A stretch of DNA of 64,000 bases from an uncultured Legionellales bacterium (GCA_913045195.1 CAJWQR010000001.1:27702-91701); one strand, 5' to 3'. Shown: positions 30,701 through 44,099, counted from the stretch's first letter. Made by a program: numbers and translations. The notes: generated by a model not told the origin, from the sequence alone.

Positions 30701-31837
30701 CGTATTGAGAAGTTGTTATTAGGTAAAGTTGTACAAGGAAAATCATCTCTATTGAACTCAGGAGATAAAATAACCCAGGATCATCTTAATCAAATTTCTC
30801 GTGAGAAATGGTTTGAGATTAACATTAAGAATGACACTGTTAACAAGCAACTCGAACGTGCATCAGAGCAACTTGATATATTGAAAAAAGACTTTGATAG
30901 ACAATTCGAAGAAAAAGAAAAGAAATTAACTTCTGGTGATGATTTAGCTCCAGGTGTATTGAAAATGGTTAAAGTTTATCTTGCTGTTAAACGACGTATT
31001 CAGCCGGGCGATAAGATTGCTGGTCGACATGGCAACAAGGGTGTTATTTCAACAATTGTTCCTGTAGAAGATATGCCTCATATGGAAGATGGAACACCTG
31101 TAGACGTTGTATTAAATCCACTTGGCGTTCCTTCTCGAATGAATGTCGGACAGGTTTTAGAAACCCATTTAGGTTGGGCAGCGAAAGGCATTGGCCTCAA
31201 GATTGGGAAAATGCTTGAACGAAGAGCTCAAACTATTGAGATACGCAAATTTTTAGACAAAGTTTATAACGGTAGTGGTAAAACTGAAGAATTAGATTCA
31301 TTTTCAGATGATGAAATTACAGAATTGGCAAAAAATCTTAAAGGTGGGGTACCTTTAGCCACTCCAGTTTTTGATGGCGCAAGTGAAGAAGAAATTAAAC
31401 AGATGCTGAAACTTGCTGGATTACCAGAGGATGGTCAGTCATGGTTATGGGACGGAAGAACTGGCGATCGTTTTGACCGAAAAATTACAGTTGGCTATAT
31501 GTATATCTTGAAATTAAATCACTTAATCGATGACAAGATGCATGCACGTTCAACCGGACCTTATAGTTTAGTAACGCAGCAACCTTTGGGCGGTAAGGCA
31601 CAGTTTGGGGGGCAACGTTTTGGTGAAATGGAGGTGTGGGCTCTTGAGGCATATGGTGCCGCATATACATTACAGGAAATGCTTACTGTTAAATCAGACG
31701 ATGTTAATGGCCGTACTAAGATGTATAAAAATATTGTTGATGGAAATCACCATATGGAAGCAGGTATGCCCGAGTCCTTTAATGTACTCGTTAAAGAAAT
31801 TAGATCACTTGGAATTGATATAGAGCTCGATACATAA
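27716..31837 (+). CDS. rpoB: RNA polymerase beta subunit
   Basis: [44 protein letters not shown]. Confidence 0.99.
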   Translation: MVYSYTEKKRIRKDFGKRPSILEVPYLVETQLASFGQFLQADIDPDKRKDNGLQAAFKSVFPIVSFSGNAALEYVSYKLGNPVFDVKECQLRGLTYAAPLRVSVRLVIYDKEAGLNNKVVKDIKEQEVYMGEMPLMTDTGTFVINGTERVIVSQMHRSPGVFFEHDKGKTHSSGKLLYSARVIPYRGSWLDFEFDAKDLVYCRIDRRRKIHATILLRALGYTTEEILNFFFDTDTFEISTKGVKNTIDEETGEIEFGDITFHLIPERLRGQTAAFEIKNKRTVIVERDRRITARHIKLIEKAGLTSLTIPADYLIGKVIAKDIIDEETGEIEYSANHEITEESLEGILSHPGQKIETIYTNDLDNGSFIADTLREDSTTNQLEAQVEIYRMMRPGEPPTKDAAENLFKNLFFNPDRYDLSAVGRMKFNRRVGAKDITGEGILSNQDIIDVLRVLIDIRNGKGTIDDIDHLGNRRIRSVGEMAENQFRVGLVRVERAVKDRLSLAESEGLLPQEIINAKPVAAVIKEFFGSSQLSQFMDQNNPLSEITHKRRISALGPGGLTRERAGFEVRDVHPTHYGRVCPIETPEGPNIGLINSLAVYARTNEYGFLETPYRKVLDGIVNDEIEFLSAIEEGDFMIAQASATIDEKGKLVDELVSCRYKNEFTMSTPDKINFMDVSPRQIVSVAASLIPFLEHDDANRALMGSNMQRQAVPTLRTDTPLVGTGMERRVAIDSGVTVISVRGGIVDSVDASRIVVRVNDKETIEGEPGVDIYNLTKYTRSNQNTCINQKPLVKPGDKIEKGDVLADGPSTDKGELALGQNMLVAFMPWNGYNFEDSILLSERLVKEDRFTTIHIEELTCVARDTKLGSEEISSDIPNVSESALNKLDESGIVFIGAEVNVGDILVGKVTPKGETQLTPEEKLLRAIFGEKASDVKDTSLRVPSGMNGTVIDVQVFTRDGVEKDTRALEIEESELNSVRKDLNDQLRIMSDGVYQRIEKLLLGKVVQGKSSLLNSGDKITQDHLNQISREKWFEINIKNDTVNKQLERASEQLDILKKDFDRQFEEKEKKLTSGDDLAPGVLKMVKVYLAVKRRIQPGDKIAGRHGNKGVISTIVPVEDMPHMEDGTPVDVVLNPLGVPSRMNVGQVLETHLGWAAKGIGLKIGKMLERRAQTIEIRKFLDKVYNGSGKTEELDSFSDDEITELAKNLKGGVPLATPVFDGASEEEIKQMLKLAGLPEDGQSWLWDGRTGDRFDRKITVGYMYILKLNHLIDDKMHARSTGPYSLVTQQPLGGKAQFGGQRFGEMEVWALEAYGAAYTLQEMLTVKSDDVNGRTKMYKNIVDGNHHMEAGMPESFNVLVKEIRSLGIDIELDT

Positions 31838-31927
31838 ATCAACGAGAAATAAAGAGTAAAAGAAATTAATAATTTATTGATTTGATTTTCGGTTAAATAT
31901 CCGAAAAAATCACCGAGGAGGTAAACC

Positions 31928-34900
31928 TTGAAAGACTTACTTAAGCTATTAAAGCAACAGGGACAGACTGAGGAATTTGATGTAATAAAAATCGGATTAG
32001 CCTCCCCTGAGAAAATTCGTTCATGGTCTTTTGGGGAAGTAAAGAAACCAGAAACAATAAACTACAGAACTTTTAAGCCAGAACGTGACGGTCTTTTTTG
32101 CGCTAAGACTTTTGGTCCAATTAAAGATTATGAGTGTCTATGTGGAAAATATAAAAGACTTAAACACAGAGGAGTTGTCTGTGAAAAATGTGGTGTCGAA
32201 GTAACTCTCTCAAAAGTTAGGCGTGAACGCATGGGCCATATTGAGCTCGCAACGCCGATCGCTCATATTTGGTATCTAAAATCCTTGCCTTCGAGAATGG
32301 GATTAATGCTTGATATGACTTTACGTGAAATTGAGAGAATTCTTTATTTTGAGGCATACGTTGTTGTTGAACCAGGCATGACAGAACTTGAACGTGGCCA
32401 AATGCTTACCGAAGAAAATTATTTGGAAGCACTTGAAAATTATGGCGATGAATTTGAAGCTAGAATGGGGGCGGAAGCTATTCGTGAATTACTTCTTTCC
32501 ATTGATCTTGAACACGAAGTTCAAACATTACGCGAGGAAATTCCAAAGACAAACTCGGAAACAAAGTTACGTAAATTAACTAAACGATTAAAATTATTAG
32601 AAGCTTTTATGAACTCTGGTAATAAACCAGAGTGGATGGTTATGAAGGTTTTACCAGTACTGCCCCCCGAATTAAGACCTTTAGTCCCACTTGATGGCGG
32701 TCGTTTTGCAACATCCGATCTTAATGATTTATATAGGCGTGTAATCAACAGGAACAACCGCTTAAAACGTTTACTGGATTTAAATGCACCAGATATCATT
32801 GTGCGTAATGAAAAACGTATGTTGCAAGAGTCCGTTGATGCTTTACTTGATAATGGTAGACGTGGTCGTGCTATTACAGGAACTAATAAACTTCCATTAA
32901 AATCATTAGCAGATATGATTAAAGGAAAACAAGGACGGTTCCGCCAGAACCTACTAGGTAAACGAGTTGATTATTCAGGTCGTTCCGTCATTGTTGTGGG
33001 TCCAACTTTACGTTTACATCAATGTGGAATTCCTAAAAAAATGGCTCTGGAATTATTTAAGCCATTCATCTTTAGTAAATTGGAAAGACGGGGTTTAGCC
33101 ACAACAATAAAAGCGGCTAAGAAATTAGTTGAACGTGAAGGAACAGAAGTTTGGGATGTTTTAGAAGAAGTAATTCGTGAACACCCGGTAATGCTTAATC
33201 GTGCCCCAACACTTCATAGATTAGGTATACAAGCTTTCGAACCAGTATTAATTGAAGGAAAAGCAATTCAATTACATCCGCTAGTGTGTACAGCTTTTAA
33301 TGCAGATTTTGATGGTGATCAAATGGCTGTGCATGTCCCATTATCTATTGAGGCCCAACTCGAAGCACGAACACTAATGATGTCAACGAATAATATTCTA
33401 TCTCCTGCTAATGGCGAACCGATCATTAACCCAACTCAAGATGTTGTTCTTGGTCTTTATTATTTAACGCGTGAATCGGATAGAGCAAAAGGCAGTGGAA
33501 TGGCATTCTCTGATATTAATGAGGTGCATCGCGCATATCAAGCCCACCCTCGTGCACTTGATTTACAAGCAAAGATTCAGGTTCGTATTCGTGAAGAGAA
33601 AACTGATGAAAACGACGAAAAGAAAATTATATATACAAGATATAAAACTACTGCTGGACGCGCGTTATTATCTCGTATTTTACCTAGCGGATTATCATTT
33701 GATTATATCAATAAGTTATTAGATAAAAAAACTATTTCACAATTGATTAATACTAGTTATAGAAAACTAGGATTAAAAGATACTGTTATTTTTTCAGATC
33801 AATTGATGTACGCTGGTTTTAAGTACTCAACATATGCCGGTGTGTCGATTGGTGTTGAAGATATGGTGGTCCCGGAAAATAAAAGTGAAATTATTTCTAA
33901 AGCCGAAGAAGAAGTTAAAAACTTTCAGGAACAATATTCGTCTGGATTAATAACCGACGGAGAGCGTTATAATAAGGTTGTTGATATTTGGTCTCATACA
34001 AATGATGCCGTTGCAAAAGCGATGATGGATAAAATAGGAGAAGAAATTTACCTTGATGCCGAAGGTAAAGAAAAGAAAGAGATTTCAGGCAATTCAATTT
34101 TTATGATGGCTGATTCTGGCGCACGTGGTTCAGCTGCTCAAATAAGGCAATTAGCCGGTATGCGCGGGCTAATGGCTAAGCCAGACGGATCAATTATTGA
34201 AACGCCGATAACAGCTAATTTTCGTGAAGGACTTGATGTTTTACAGTATTTTATTTCAACTCACGGCGCGCGCAAAGGCCTTGCTGATACTGCGCTTAAA
34301 ACAGCTAATTCAGGTTATTTGACTCGTCGTTTGGTTGACGTTGCGCAAGATTTAGTTGTGACGGAGGAAGATTGCGGTACTGTCGAAGGTCTTATTATGA
34401 ACCCAATTATTGAGGGCGGCGATGTAATTGAGACTTTGAGAGACCGTATATTAGGTAGAGTGCTGGCTGCAAATGCGATCAATAGAAACGAAGAAGTGAT
34501 TGCCGAGGTTGGCACCTTACTTGATGAATCTTGGGTGGATATTTTTGATGAAAAAGGTATTGACCAAGTTCTAGTTCGCTCTGCAATTACATGTGAGACT
34601 CGCTATGGTATATGTCGCAGATGTTATGGCCGTGATTTAGGTCGTGGACATCTTGTGAATAATGGAGAAGCAGTTGGAGTTATTGCCGCACAATCAATTG
34701 GAGAACCAGGCACACAGTTAACAATGCGTACGTTTCATATTGGCGGGGCGGCATCACGTGCAGCGGCGATAAGTAGTATTGAAGTAAAAAATGGCGGAAC
34801 AATAAGCCTACAAAATGTAAAAATATTAAAACAAAAAGAAAGTGGAAATAATATTGTCAATTCACGATCAGGCGAGGTCGCAATTCTTGATGATACGGGT

Positions 34901-36160
34901 CGTGAAAGAGAACGTTATAAAATACCATATGGTGCGGTTTTAACGGTAAATAATGAAACAAATGTTGAATCTGGCCAACAAATAGCCTCATGGGATCCCC
35001 ATACTCACCCAGTTATATCTGAAGTCGATGGTAAGGTTTTATTTTCCGATATTGAGGAAGGTGTAACAGTTACTCGATATACTGATGATATTACTGGTTT
35101 AACGGATACCGTTATTATGGATCCAAAACAACGACCTTCGAGCGCAAAGGACATGCGACCAGTTGTTAAGTTGGTAGACGCTAAAGGAGATGAACTTAAA
35201 ATTCCAGGAACTGATCATGATGCTCATTACTTACTTCCACCGAGAGCAATCATTAACGTAAGTGACGGTAAAGAAGTTAATATTGGTGACGTGATTGCAC
35301 GCATTCCACAAGAGTCATCTAAAACCAGAGATATAACTGGCGGTTTACCAAGAGTAGCGGATTTATTTGAAGCACGTAAACCCAAGGAACCTGCAGTATT
35401 AGCTGAGATTAGCGGTACAATCAGTTATGGCAAAGAAACAAAAGGGAAAGAAAGAATTGTTATAACAGGTCAGAACGATGAGGTACATGAAGAACTGATC
35501 CCTAAGTGGCGACATATTAGTGTGTTTGAAGGCGAGCACGTAGAAAAAGGGGAAAGCATAGTCGATGGACCACCAACTCCACATGATATTCTTAAATTAA
35601 AAGGCGTTAAAGCCCTATCAAACTATATAAGCAGTGAAATACAAGATGTCTATCGTCTTCAGGGGGTAAAGATTAATGACAAGCATATTGAGGTTATTGT
35701 AAGACAAATGTTGCGTAAAGCAGAGATTACAGCTCCTGGAGATAGCTCTTTATTAAAAGGCGAGCAGTTGGAACGAACAAGAGTTTTGGAAGAAAATGAA
35801 AAACTTGAAGCTGATGGCAAAAAACCAGCTGAGTGGGAGCCTATTTTACTGGGTATTACGAAAGCATCACTTTTAACCGAATCCTTTATTTCTGCTGCAT
35901 CATTTCAGGAAACAACAAGAGTTCTTACTGAAGCTAGTGTTAATGGCAAGCGGGATCAACTTCGAGGTTTAAAGGAAAATGTAATTGTTGGACGTTTAAT
36001 CCCTGCTGGTTCTGGTCTTGCATCCCATATAGAGGCAAGAAAACAACATGAGCGTGAGCTAGAATCTGAGAAAGTGGCGGAAAATCTGGAGGATATGGAG
36101 ATAGAAATAGCACCAACGGAGGCGACTTCTGAATCGATCGAAGGGACTACATCAGCATAA
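31928..36160 (+). CDS. rpoC: RNA polymerase beta' subunit
   Basis: NADFDGDQM catalytic motif, zinc-finger cysteines; GAGGAGG RBS, TTG start. Confidence 0.99.
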   Translation: MKDLLKLLKQQGQTEEFDVIKIGLASPEKIRSWSFGEVKKPETINYRTFKPERDGLFCAKTFGPIKDYECLCGKYKRLKHRGVVCEKCGVEVTLSKVRRERMGHIELATPIAHIWYLKSLPSRMGLMLDMTLREIERILYFEAYVVVEPGMTELERGQMLTEENYLEALENYGDEFEARMGAEAIRELLLSIDLEHEVQTLREEIPKTNSETKLRKLTKRLKLLEAFMNSGNKPEWMVMKVLPVLPPELRPLVPLDGGRFATSDLNDLYRRVINRNNRLKRLLDLNAPDIIVRNEKRMLQESVDALLDNGRRGRAITGTNKLPLKSLADMIKGKQGRFRQNLLGKRVDYSGRSVIVVGPTLRLHQCGIPKKMALELFKPFIFSKLERRGLATTIKAAKKLVEREGTEVWDVLEEVIREHPVMLNRAPTLHRLGIQAFEPVLIEGKAIQLHPLVCTAFNADFDGDQMAVHVPLSIEAQLEARTLMMSTNNILSPANGEPIINPTQDVVLGLYYLTRESDRAKGSGMAFSDINEVHRAYQAHPRALDLQAKIQVRIREEKTDENDEKKIIYTRYKTTAGRALLSRILPSGLSFDYINKLLDKKTISQLINTSYRKLGLKDTVIFSDQLMYAGFKYSTYAGVSIGVEDMVVPENKSEIISKAEEEVKNFQEQYSSGLITDGERYNKVVDIWSHTNDAVAKAMMDKIGEEIYLDAEGKEKKEISGNSIFMMADSGARGSAAQIRQLAGMRGLMAKPDGSIIETPITANFREGLDVLQYFISTHGARKGLADTALKTANSGYLTRRLVDVAQDLVVTEEDCGTVEGLIMNPIIEGGDVIETLRDRILGRVLAANAINRNEEVIAEVGTLLDESWVDIFDEKGIDQVLVRSAITCETRYGICRRCYGRDLGRGHLVNNGEAVGVIAAQSIGEPGTQLTMRTFHIGGAASRAAAISSIEVKNGGTISLQNVKILKQKESGNNIVNSRSGEVAILDDTGRERERYKIPYGAVLTVNNETNVESGQQIASWDPHTHPVISEVDGKVLFSDIEEGVTVTRYTDDITGLTDTVIMDPKQRPSSAKDMRPVVKLVDAKGDELKIPGTDHDAHYLLPPRAIINVSDGKEVNIGDVIARIPQESSKTRDITGGLPRVADLFEARKPKEPAVLAEISGTISYGKETKGKERIVITGQNDEVHEELIPKWRHISVFEGEHVEKGESIVDGPPTPHDILKLKGVKALSNYISSEIQDVYRLQGVKINDKHIEVIVRQMLRKAEITAPGDSSLLKGEQLERTRVLEENEKLEADGKKPAEWEPILLGITKASLLTESFISAASFQETTRVLTEASVNGKRDQLRGLKENVIVGRLIPAGSGLASHIEARKQHERELESEKVAENLEDMEIEIAPTEATSESIEGTTSA

Positions 36161-36180
36161 CGTTATAAGTGGTAATCTTC

Positions 36181-36210
36181 TTGACATAATACTTACCAAA
36201 GACATAGAAT
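36181..36210 (+). promoter_or_regulatory. Probable sigma70 promoter of the str operon
   Basis: TTGACA-18 bp-TAGAAT followed by CTCGCC discriminator. Confidence 0.75.
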
Positions 36211-36221
36211 CTCGCCTCTTT

Positions 36222-36256
36222 GACAGGCTTAGGTGCTTTTCCTAGCCTGTCGTTTT
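36222..36256 (+). terminator. Terminator-like hairpin after rpoC / in the rpsL leader
   Basis: GACAGGC-T-TAGG..CCTA-GCCTGTC followed by GTTTT. Confidence 0.55.
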
Positions 36257-36444
36257 GCGTTAAGTACTGGAAAAATAGCAAATTTTGATAATTTGCTGGC
36301 ATGCCAGGTAGTGCCTCAGGGATTTCAGAAGAAATTTGGACGTATGTCCGTACTGGAACTAGTAAGCATACATATATAAGTATCTACAGTTCGGATAAAC
36401 GAGGTAATCTGCGCGTTTAATAAATTGAAAAATATGAAGTTTTT

Positions 36445-36819
36445 ATGACAACAATAAATCAATTAGTTAGAAAACCACGTAAGCGACAGAATGCTAAAAG
36501 CAATGTGCCCGCACTAGAAGCGTGCCCTCAAAGACGTGGTGTATGTACACGCGTGTATACAACAACGCCAAAAAAACCAAATTCTGCATTAAGGAAGGTT
36601 GCCCGTGTAAGGCTTACTAATGGGCAAGAGGTAACGACGTACATAGGTGGCGAAGGCCATAATTTACAAGAACATTCCGTGATTTTGATTAGAGGTGGCC
36701 GAGTTAAGGATTTGCCCGGTGTTCGCTACCATACAGTGCGAGGCACTTTGGATACCTCTGGTGTTAGTGATAGACGAAGTGGGCGTTCAAAATACGGGGC
36801 AAAACGACCTAAGTCATAA
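36445..36819 (+). CDS. rpsL: 30S ribosomal protein uS12
   Basis: [23 protein letters not shown]. Confidence 0.99.
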   Translation: MTTINQLVRKPRKRQNAKSNVPALEACPQRRGVCTRVYTTTPKKPNSALRKVARVRLTNGQEVTTYIGGEGHNLQEHSVILIRGGRVKDLPGVRYHTVRGTLDTSGVSDRRSGRSKYGAKRPKS

Positions 36820-36875
36820 AAAATACTAATTCAAGCCATAAACTTATAAAGATAAACACAGGAATTATTTGAAAT

Positions 36876-37346
36876 ATGTCTAGACGAAGAATTGCCGAGA
36901 AAACAACAATCCTACCAGATCCGAAGTATGGGGATATGGTCTTGGCAAAATTTATTAACATCATTATGCGTAGTGGTAAAAAATCAATTGCTGAGAAAAT
37001 TGTTTATGGCGCGCTTAATAAAATTAATGATAAGGGAAGTACAGAGCCACTCGAAATTTTTAATAAGGCCCTTGAAAATATTAAACCTGTTGTTGAGGTA
37101 AAATCGCGACGTGTTGGCGGAGCAACGTATCAAATACCTGTAGAAGTAAAAACTGCACGCAGCATGACATTGGCAATGCGTTGGATTGTTGATGCCGCAA
37201 AAAATCGTAATGAGAAAGATATGGGCTCACGTTTAGCCGGTGAATTATTAGATGCCTCGGAGAATCGCGGGACAGCAATAAAAAAACGTGAAGATACGCA
37301 CCGCATGGCAGAAGCGAATAAGGCTTTTTCTCATTTTCGTTGGTAA
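36876..37346 (+). CDS. rpsG: 30S ribosomal protein uS7
   Basis: [27 protein letters not shown]. Confidence 0.99.
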   Translation: MSRRRIAEKTTILPDPKYGDMVLAKFINIIMRSGKKSIAEKIVYGALNKINDKGSTEPLEIFNKALENIKPVVEVKSRRVGGATYQIPVEVKTARSMTLAMRWIVDAAKNRNEKDMGSRLAGELLDASENRGTAIKKREDTHRMAEANKAFSHFRW

Positions 37347-37372
37347 GAGATAGGTAAATTAAAATAAACATC

Positions 37373-39472
37373 ATGACAAGAAATACGACAATTGAACACT
37401 ACAGGAATATAGGGATTATGGCTCATATTGATGCCGGTAAAACAACAACAACTGAAAGGGTACTTTTCTATACAGGCGTTTCGCATAAAATTGGTGAAGT
37501 TCATGATGGAGCGGCAACAATGGACTGGATGGAACAAGAACAGGAAAGAGGGATCACAATCACTTCTGCTGCAACAACTTGTTTTTGGAAAGGAACGACA
37601 TCACAATTTCCAGAGCATCGTATTAATATTATAGATACCCCAGGCCATGTTGATTTTACGATCGAAGTAGAACGTTCATTACGTGTTTTGGATGGCAGCT
37701 GCGCAGTATTTTGTGCTGTAGGCGGAGTTGAACCTCAATCTGAAACTGTCTGGCGCCAAGCAAATAAATATTCTGTCCCCCGTATTGCTTTTGTAAACAA
37801 AATGGATCGGGCTGGGGCTGATTATCTTCGAGTTGTAACACAGATAAGGGAACGTCTTAACACCAACGCCATTTCCATGCAATTACCAATTGGCGCCGAA
37901 GAAAATTTTAAAGGTGTGATTGATTTAGTAAAGATGAAAGCTATTTATTGGGAAGAAGAGAATATGGGGATTAAATTTGAAGAAAAGGATATTCCTCAAA
38001 CAATGGAGAGCGAAGCAAAAAAACATCATGATCAAATAGTTGAGAGTGCAGCAGATGCAAATGAAAAACTCATGGAAGCATATTTGGAAATTGGAGATCT
38101 TTCCCAAGAACAAATAAAAGAAGGGATACGATTACAAACATTAACAAATGCGATTGTTCCAGTATTTTGTGGTTCTGCATTTAAGAATAAAGGGATTCAA
38201 ACAATGCTAGATGCCGTTATTGAATATTTACCTTCTCCTATTGATGTACCGCCAATTAAAGGAATTTTAGATGATAAAAATGAATCAGAAGGCGAAAGGA
38301 AATCTTCTGACGATGATCCGTTTGCAGCATTAGCATTTAAAATAGCAACTGATCCTTTTGTTGGAACATTGACTTTTTTTAGGGTTTATTCAGGCGTCCT
38401 TAAATCAGGCGATACAGTCTACAATCCCGTAAAAGGAAGAAAAGAACGGGTAGGCCGAATATTGCAGATGCATGCAAATAGTCGTGAAGAACTCAAAGAA
38501 GTACGTGCAGGGGATATAGCAGCAGCAGTTGGGTTAAAAGATATTGTCACTGGAGATACACTTTGCGATCAAAATAATATTATTACATTAGAACGAATGG
38601 AGTTCCCCGAACCAGTTATATCTGTCGCTGTTGAACCAAAAACTAAGCCTGACCAAGAAAAAATGGGGATAGCACTTGGTAAACTCGCACAAGAAGACCC
38701 ATCATTTAGGGTGCATACTGACGAAGAGTCTGGGCAAACAATTATTTCAGGAATGGGTGAACTTCATCTTGAAATTATTGTTGATCGTTTAAAACGTGAA
38801 TTTAAAGTTGAAGCCAACGTAGGAAAACCGCAAGTTGCATATCGAGAAACAATCCAAGCAACTCTTGAAAAGGTTGAAGGCAAATTTGTTAGACAATCAG
38901 GTGGACGCGGTCAATATGGTCACGTCGTATTCAAGATCGAGCCGAATAGAGCAGGAGAAGGTTTTGAATTTGTTAATGAAATTGTTGGTGGTGTAGTACC
39001 AAAAGAGTATATCCCAGCCGTTGAAAAGGGCGTCATCGAACAGATGGTAAATGGAATCATTGCCGGATATCCAGTAGTAGATGTTAAGGTTACTTTGCGT
39101 GATGGTTCTTATCATGATGTTGATTCTAGTGAAATGGCATTTAAAATTGCTGGTTCAATGGGATTTAAGGAAGGCGCACTTAAAGCAAAACCTGTCTTAC
39201 TTGAACCGATCATGAAAGTCGAAATTGTAACGCCTGAAGAATATATGGGCACAGTAAATGGTGACCTGAATAGGCGTCGCGGAATCCTACAAGGCACAGA
39301 TGAGACTCCCGCTGGAAAAGTGATACGTGCTGAAGTACCGCTTAGCGAAATGTTTGGATATGCAACCGATCTTCGTTCCGCAACTCAAGGACGTGCAGTT
39401 TATACAATGGAATTTGAAAAATATAATGAAGTTCCGGCAAATATTACTGAAAGCATTACTAACAGAAATTGA
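37373..39472 (+). CDS. fusA: Elongation factor G
   Basis: [31 protein letters not shown]. Confidence 0.99.
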   Translation: MTRNTTIEHYRNIGIMAHIDAGKTTTTERVLFYTGVSHKIGEVHDGAATMDWMEQEQERGITITSAATTCFWKGTTSQFPEHRINIIDTPGHVDFTIEVERSLRVLDGSCAVFCAVGGVEPQSETVWRQANKYSVPRIAFVNKMDRAGADYLRVVTQIRERLNTNAISMQLPIGAEENFKGVIDLVKMKAIYWEEENMGIKFEEKDIPQTMESEAKKHHDQIVESAADANEKLMEAYLEIGDLSQEQIKEGIRLQTLTNAIVPVFCGSAFKNKGIQTMLDAVIEYLPSPIDVPPIKGILDDKNESEGERKSSDDDPFAALAFKIATDPFVGTLTFFRVYSGVLKSGDTVYNPVKGRKERVGRILQMHANSREELKEVRAGDIAAAVGLKDIVTGDTLCDQNNIITLERMEFPEPVISVAVEPKTKPDQEKMGIALGKLAQEDPSFRVHTDEESGQTIISGMGELHLEIIVDRLKREFKVEANVGKPQVAYRETIQATLEKVEGKFVRQSGGRGQYGHVVFKIEPNRAGEGFEFVNEIVGGVVPKEYIPAVEKGVIEQMVNGIIAGYPVVDVKVTLRDGSYHDVDSSEMAFKIAGSMGFKEGALKAKPVLLEPIMKVEIVTPEEYMGTVNGDLNRRRGILQGTDETPAGKVIRAEVPLSEMFGYATDLRSATQGRAVYTMEFEKYNEVPANITESITNRN

Positions 39473-39505
39473 ATTATCAATAACTATAATTATTTGAGAA
39501 TAAAA

Positions 39506-39820
39506 ATGGCCGAACAACAAAGAATCAGAATACGTCTTAAAGCATTTGACCATCGGTTGATTGATCAATCTACAAAAGAGATTGTTGAAACGGCTCAGCG
39601 TACTGGCGCCCAAATTAAAGGCCCCATACCGTTACCAACCAAAAAAGAGCGTTTTACTGTTTTAATTTCACCTCATGTTAATAAGGATGCTCGTGATCAA
39701 TACGAGATTCGAACACATAAACGTTTAATGGATATTATAAACCCAACAGACAAAACAGTGGACGCGTTGATGAAGCTTGATCTGGCTGCGGGTGTTGATG
39801 TTCAAATTAAACTTAATTAG
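39506..39820 (+). CDS. rpsJ: 30S ribosomal protein uS10
   Basis: [40 protein letters not shown] 39506 preferred to TTG 39494. Confidence 0.99.
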   Translation: MAEQQRIRIRLKAFDHRLIDQSTKEIVETAQRTGAQIKGPIPLPTKKERFTVLISPHVNKDARDQYEIRTHKRLMDIINPTDKTVDALMKLDLAAGVDVQIKLN

Positions 39821-39844
39821 TAAAAATAAACTGGAACTGTGGAA

Positions 39845-40579
39845 ATGACAATTGGAATTGTAGGGAGAAAATGCGGGATGACACGTCTTTTTATGGATGA
39901 TGGTGTTTCTATTCCTGTCACAGTGGTAGAGGCGTCGCCAAATCATGTCACCAGTTTACTAACCCAACAAGATAAGGGTTATAGCGCAGTTCAGGTTTCA
40001 TGGGGAGTAAAAAAATCTACTTCGTTAACAAAATCAGAAGCTGGGAATTATGCAAAAGCAAATGTTGAGACAGGAGAAGGGCTTTTGGAGTACAGAGTTA
40101 CTACAGAAGAACTTGAGCAATACTCGCCTGGGGCAGAAATAAAAGTTGATATTTTTGAAGCAGGGCAGAAAGTTGACGTTACCGGGACATCTAAAGGTAA
40201 AGGTTTTTCTGGCGTCATCAAGCGTCATAATTTTAGCCACCAACGAAATACCCATGGCAACTCATTGTCACATCGTGCTCCAGGATCTATAGGTCAGTGC
40301 CAAACTCCTGGAAGAGTTTTTAAAGGAAAAAAAATGGCTGGTCATCTTGGGGATGTAAAACGCACCACTCAAAATCTTGAGATTGTTCGGATTGATAGTG
40401 AGCGCAATCTCCTACTAATAAAGGGAGCAATTCCTGCAAGTAAAGGTGGCAGCGTTATTATTAAGCCATCAATAAAAATAACTAAAAATACTAAGCAAGA
40501 ATCAAACGAACAAAAAACAGCGCCTAAGCAAGAATCAAACGAACAAAAAACAGCGCCTAAGCAAGAATCAAACGACTGA
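39845..40579 (+). CDS. rplC: 50S ribosomal protein uL3 with repetitive C-terminal extension
   Basis: [38 protein letters not shown] 39845 or GTG 39839. Confidence 0.99.
   Translation: MTIGIVGRKCGMTRLFMDDGVSIPVTVVEASPNHVTSLLTQQDKGYSAVQVSWGVKKSTSLTKSEAGNYAKANVETGEGLLEYRVTTEELEQYSPGAEIKVDIFEAGQKVDVTGTSKGKGFSGVIKRHNFSHQRNTHGNSLSHRAPGSIGQCQTPGRVFKGKKMAGHLGDVKRTTQNLEIVRIDSERNLLLIKGAIPASKGGSVIIKPSIKITKNTKQESNEQKTAPKQESNEQKTAPKQESND
40491..40575 (+). repeat. Perfect 33-bp tandem repeat, about 2.6 copies, in the rplC 3' end
   Basis: CTAAGCAAGAATCAAACGAACAAAAAACAGCGC at 40491 and 40524, first 19 nt again at 40557. Confidence 0.97.
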
Positions 40580-40590
40580 GCAATTTAATT

Positions 40591-41208
40591 ATGAAGCTTA
40601 AAATTGAAAAATCAGGTAAGAAACAAGCAAGCACTATGAGTGTTGCCGATAACGTTTTTGCCGCTAAATTTAATGAACCGCTGATTCATCAAGTTTTAGT
40701 TTCGTATATGGCAGGTTCTCGCTCAGGGACAAAAGCTCAAAAATCACGTTCAGAGGTTAGAGGTGGCGGGAAAAAGCCATGGCGTCAGAAAGGAACTGGT
40801 CGCGCAAGAGCCGGCACTATTCGAAGCCCGATATGGCGTGGCGGTGGAGTTACTTTTGCTGCTAAATCACGAGATTTTAGTAAAAAAATTAATAAGAAAA
40901 TGTTTCGTGGCGCGATGCGTTCAATTTTTTCTGAACTTGTTCGCCAAGAAAGATTTGTTTGTGTCGATGAATTCGATGTATCTGAGTCAAAAACAAAATT
41001 AGTTAAAGAGAAATTAGAGAAACTTGGCCTTAAAGAAGTATTAATTATCACAGAAGGGTTAAGTGAAAATCTTTATTTAGGCGTTAGAAATATTCCAAAG
41101 GTCGATGTTATGGATAGTAACGAGATCGATCCGTATTCATTGATTGGTTTTGAAAAAGTTTTAATAACACAGGCTGCAGTTGAAAAAGTAGAGGAATGGT
41201 TGTCATGA
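40591..41208 (+). CDS. rplD: 50S ribosomal protein uL4
   Basis: [23 protein letters not shown]. Confidence 0.99.
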   Translation: MKLKIEKSGKKQASTMSVADNVFAAKFNEPLIHQVLVSYMAGSRSGTKAQKSRSEVRGGGKKPWRQKGTGRARAGTIRSPIWRGGGVTFAAKSRDFSKKINKKMFRGAMRSIFSELVRQERFVCVDEFDVSESKTKLVKEKLEKLGLKEVLIITEGLSENLYLGVRNIPKVDVMDSNEIDPYSLIGFEKVLITQAAVEKVEEWLS

Positions 41209-41504
41209 GTCAACAATCAATAATGTCTGTATTATTAGAGCCAAAAGTTACTGAAAAATCTAGCATGATTGGTGAATTAAATAATCAATATGTATTTAAA
41301 GTTTCAAAAAATGCGACAAAACCTGAAATAAAAAAGGCGGTCGAATTAATGTTTGAAGGGGCTGAAGTAGAATCAGTTCAGGTTGCAAATGTAAAAGGTA
41401 AAAGAAAGATTTTTAAACGATTACCAGGACAACGCGCTAATTGGAAGAAAGCGTATGTTAAGTTAAAGCCTGGTTTTGATATTGATTTTATGGGTACCGG
41501 GTAA
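41205..41504 (+). CDS. rplW: 50S ribosomal protein uL23
   Basis: [27 protein letters not shown] overlap with rplD. Confidence 0.98.
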   Translation: MSQQSIMSVLLEPKVTEKSSMIGELNNQYVFKVSKNATKPEIKKAVELMFEGAEVESVQVANVKGKRKIFKRLPGQRANWKKAYVKLKPGFDIDFMGTG

Positions 41505-41521
41505 GGGCGAGGCTTGAAAGA

Positions 41522-42358
41522 ATGGTATTAATTAATCCAAAACCGACATCTGCTGGCCGTCGTTCAATGATTAAAGTGGTCAGTCCGGAGCTTTATAAAG
41601 GCAAGCCTTACGAACCTTTATTGGAAAAACAGAATAAATATGCAGGGCGAAATAATAACGGTCGGATAACAGTACGACATCGTGGAGGAGGGTCTAAACA
41701 ACGTTATCGTCTAATAGATTTCAAGCGCGATAAAGATGGGTTACTAGCTAAAATTGAACACATTGAATATGACCCAAATAGAACGGCACATATAGCATTA
41801 TTATTATATGTCGATGGTGAAAGACGTTACATAATTGCGCCAAGTGGTATCAAGCCCGGCGACGAGGTAATGTCCGGGGCAGAGGCTGCGGTTCAGGTTG
41901 GTAATTGCATGCAAATGAAAGATATGCCTTTAGGTACAACTATTCATTGTATTGAATTGAAACCGGGCAAAGGTGCCCAGATTGCGCGAAGTGCAGGTTC
42001 ATCAGCTCAGTTAGTTGCTAAAGAAGGCCATCATGCAACAGTCAGATTACGTTCTGGTGAAATGCGTAAAATACTATCTGAATGTCGAGCCACAATTGGT
42101 GAAGTTAGTAATGCTGAACATCAATTACGTTCATTAGGTAAAGCAGGAGCAAAACGTTGGCGCGGTATACGCCCAACTGTTCGTGGTGTTGCGATGAATC
42201 CAGTTGATCATCCACACGGAGGAGGAGAAGGACGTACTTCTGGAGGACGTCATCCAGTGAGCCCGTGGGGGACACCAACGAAAGGTTATAAAACAAGAAA
42301 GAATAAACGAACTGATAACCTAATTGTTCGTAAAAGAAAATTACAGAGAGAGGAATAG
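41522..42358 (+). CDS. rplB: 50S ribosomal protein uL2
   Basis: [32 protein letters not shown]. Confidence 0.99.
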   Translation: MVLINPKPTSAGRRSMIKVVSPELYKGKPYEPLLEKQNKYAGRNNNGRITVRHRGGGSKQRYRLIDFKRDKDGLLAKIEHIEYDPNRTAHIALLLYVDGERRYIIAPSGIKPGDEVMSGAEAAVQVGNCMQMKDMPLGTTIHCIELKPGKGAQIARSAGSSAQLVAKEGHHATVRLRSGEMRKILSECRATIGEVSNAEHQLRSLGKAGAKRWRGIRPTVRGVAMNPVDHPHGGGEGRTSGGRHPVSPWGTPTKGYKTRKNKRTDNLIVRKRKLQREE

Positions 42359-42627
42359 TGGCACGTTCAATTAAAAAAGGACCGTTCGTTGATTATCATC
42401 TTCTAAAAAAAATAGAAGTCGCAAAAGAAACAAACGATAAACGCCCAATTAAAACTTGGTCGCGTCGTTCAATGGTGATGCCCGAAATGATTGGCCTCAC
42501 AATTGCTGTACACAATGGCCGTGATCATATACCTATTTATGTTTCTGAAAATATGGTGGGGCATAAATTAGGCGAATTTGTACTTACTCGTACATTTCGC
42601 GGCCATTTTGCAGATAAAAAAACATAA
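42358..42627 (+). CDS. rpsS: 30S ribosomal protein uS19
   Basis: [26 protein letters not shown]. Confidence 0.99.
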   Translation: MARSIKKGPFVDYHLLKKIEVAKETNDKRPIKTWSRRSMVMPEMIGLTIAVHNGRDHIPIYVSENMVGHKLGEFVLTRTFRGHFADKKT

Positions 42628-42645
42628 ATATTAGAAATATAAAAA

Positions 42646-42987
42646 ATGACAACATCAGCAACATTAAAGTTTACACATTTGGCACCGCAAAAAATGCGTT
42701 TGATAGCAGATCAAATACGCGGTATGTCAGCAGATCGCGCAGTTACTTTGCTTTCATTTAGTGATAAAAAAGGAGCAAAGATTGTTAAAAAAGTACTCGA
42801 ATCAGCAATAGCAAATGCTGAAAATAATGATGGCGCTGATATTGATGAGCTTAAAATAACGTCAGTGGAAGTAAATCAAGGCCCAACAATGAAGCGGTTA
42901 CGTCCACGTGCTAGAGGAAGAGCCGATAGAATTATAAAAAGAACTAGTCATTTAATTGTGAAAGTTTCTGAAAACGGGGAACAATAA
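42646..42987 (+). CDS. rplV: 50S ribosomal protein uL22
   Basis: [29 protein letters not shown]. Confidence 0.99.
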   Translation: MTTSATLKFTHLAPQKMRLIADQIRGMSADRAVTLLSFSDKKGAKIVKKVLESAIANAENNDGADIDELKITSVEVNQGPTMKRLRPRARGRADRIIKRTSHLIVKVSENGEQ

Positions 42988-42992
42988 GTCTT

Positions 42993-43673
42993 ATGGGTCA
43001 AAAAGTACATCCAATAGGAATGCGTCTTGGTATTGTTAAAGATTGGACATCAACTTGGTATGCAGACAGTAAAAACTATGCTAATTATCTTAATGCGGAT
43101 ATAAAGGTTCGTGAGTATCTGCGTAAGAAGTTAGCTAATGCGTCTGTTAGCCGTATTCAAATTGAAAGACCAGCAGGTAATGCCCGAGTAATTATTTACA
43201 CAGCCCGACCTGGAATTGTAATAGGTAAAAAGGGTGAGGATATTGAGCGACTTCGTTTAGAAATTTCGAATATGATGGGTGTGCCTACACATGTTAGCGT
43301 CGAAGAAATTCGTAAACCTGAATTAGATGCGTTTCTTGTGGCGGAGAGTGTGGCCCAACAAATTGAGAGACGCATAATGTTCCGAAGAGCTATGAAGCGC
43401 GCCGTTACAAATACAATGCGATTAGGAGCGGAAGGTATCAAGATTACCGTAAGCGGCAGATTAAATGGAGCAGAAATAGCACGTACTGAATGGTATAGAG
43501 AAGGCCGAGTACCTCTGCATACATTACGCGCTGATATTGATTATGCAACAACTGAAGCAAGCACAACATATGGCATCATTGGGGTAAAAGTATGGCTCTT
43601 TAAAGGTGAAATCTTTGGTCATGAAAAAAATACAGAAGAACAAAATGAAAACGAGGTTACGACAAGTAAATAA
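42993..43673 (+). CDS. rpsC: 30S ribosomal protein uS3
   Basis: [32 protein letters not shown]. Confidence 0.99.
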   Translation: MGQKVHPIGMRLGIVKDWTSTWYADSKNYANYLNADIKVREYLRKKLANASVSRIQIERPAGNARVIIYTARPGIVIGKKGEDIERLRLEISNMMGVPTHVSVEEIRKPELDAFLVAESVAQQIERRIMFRRAMKRAVTNTMRLGAEGIKITVSGRLNGAEIARTEWYREGRVPLHTLRADIDYATTEASTTYGIIGVKVWLFKGEIFGHEKNTEEQNENEVTTSK

Positions 43674-43685
43674 CAGGAATTAGAT

Positions 43686-44099
43686 GTGTTACAACCAAAA
43701 AGAACAAAATTCAGGAAACAAAATAAATCACGCAATCGCGGTTTAGCAACGATTGGTAATAAAGTGAGTTTTGGAGAGTATGGCCTAAAGGCGGTTGGAA
43801 GAGGGCGTATTACAGCTCGCCAAATTGAGGCTGCTCGACGAGCGCTCACACGAAAAGTAAAACGTGGTGCAAAAGTTTGGATTAGAATTTTTCCTGATAA
43901 GCCGATTACAAAAAAACCTTTAGAAGTTCGTCAAGGCAAAGGGAAAGGAAGTGTTGAGTATTGGGTTGCTCAAATTCAGCCTGGCAAAATGCTTTATGAA
44001 ATGGAAGGAGTCCCAGAGGAATTAGCACGCGAAGCTTTTCAGTTAGCAGCAGCAAAATTGCCGATTAAGACGACTTTTGTTGCAAGGACATTATTGTAA
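43686..44099 (+). CDS. rplP: 50S ribosomal protein uL16
   Basis: [29 protein letters not shown]. Confidence 0.99.
   Translation: MLQPKRTKFRKQNKSRNRGLATIGNKVSFGEYGLKAVGRGRITARQIEAARRALTRKVKRGAKVWIRIFPDKPITKKPLEVRQGKGKGSVEYWVAQIQPGKMLYEMEGVPEELAREAFQLAAAKLPIKTTFVARTLL

Noticed and set aside
36040..36160. Acidic low-complexity tail of RpoC
   Set aside because: RpoC C-termini are commonly variable and acidic; no repeat structure seen
29300..36730. Rifampicin or streptomycin resistance alleles in rpoB and rpsL
   Set aside because: Cluster I reads [25 protein letters not shown] and S12 keeps PKKPNS and RVKDLP, the usual sensitive-type sequences
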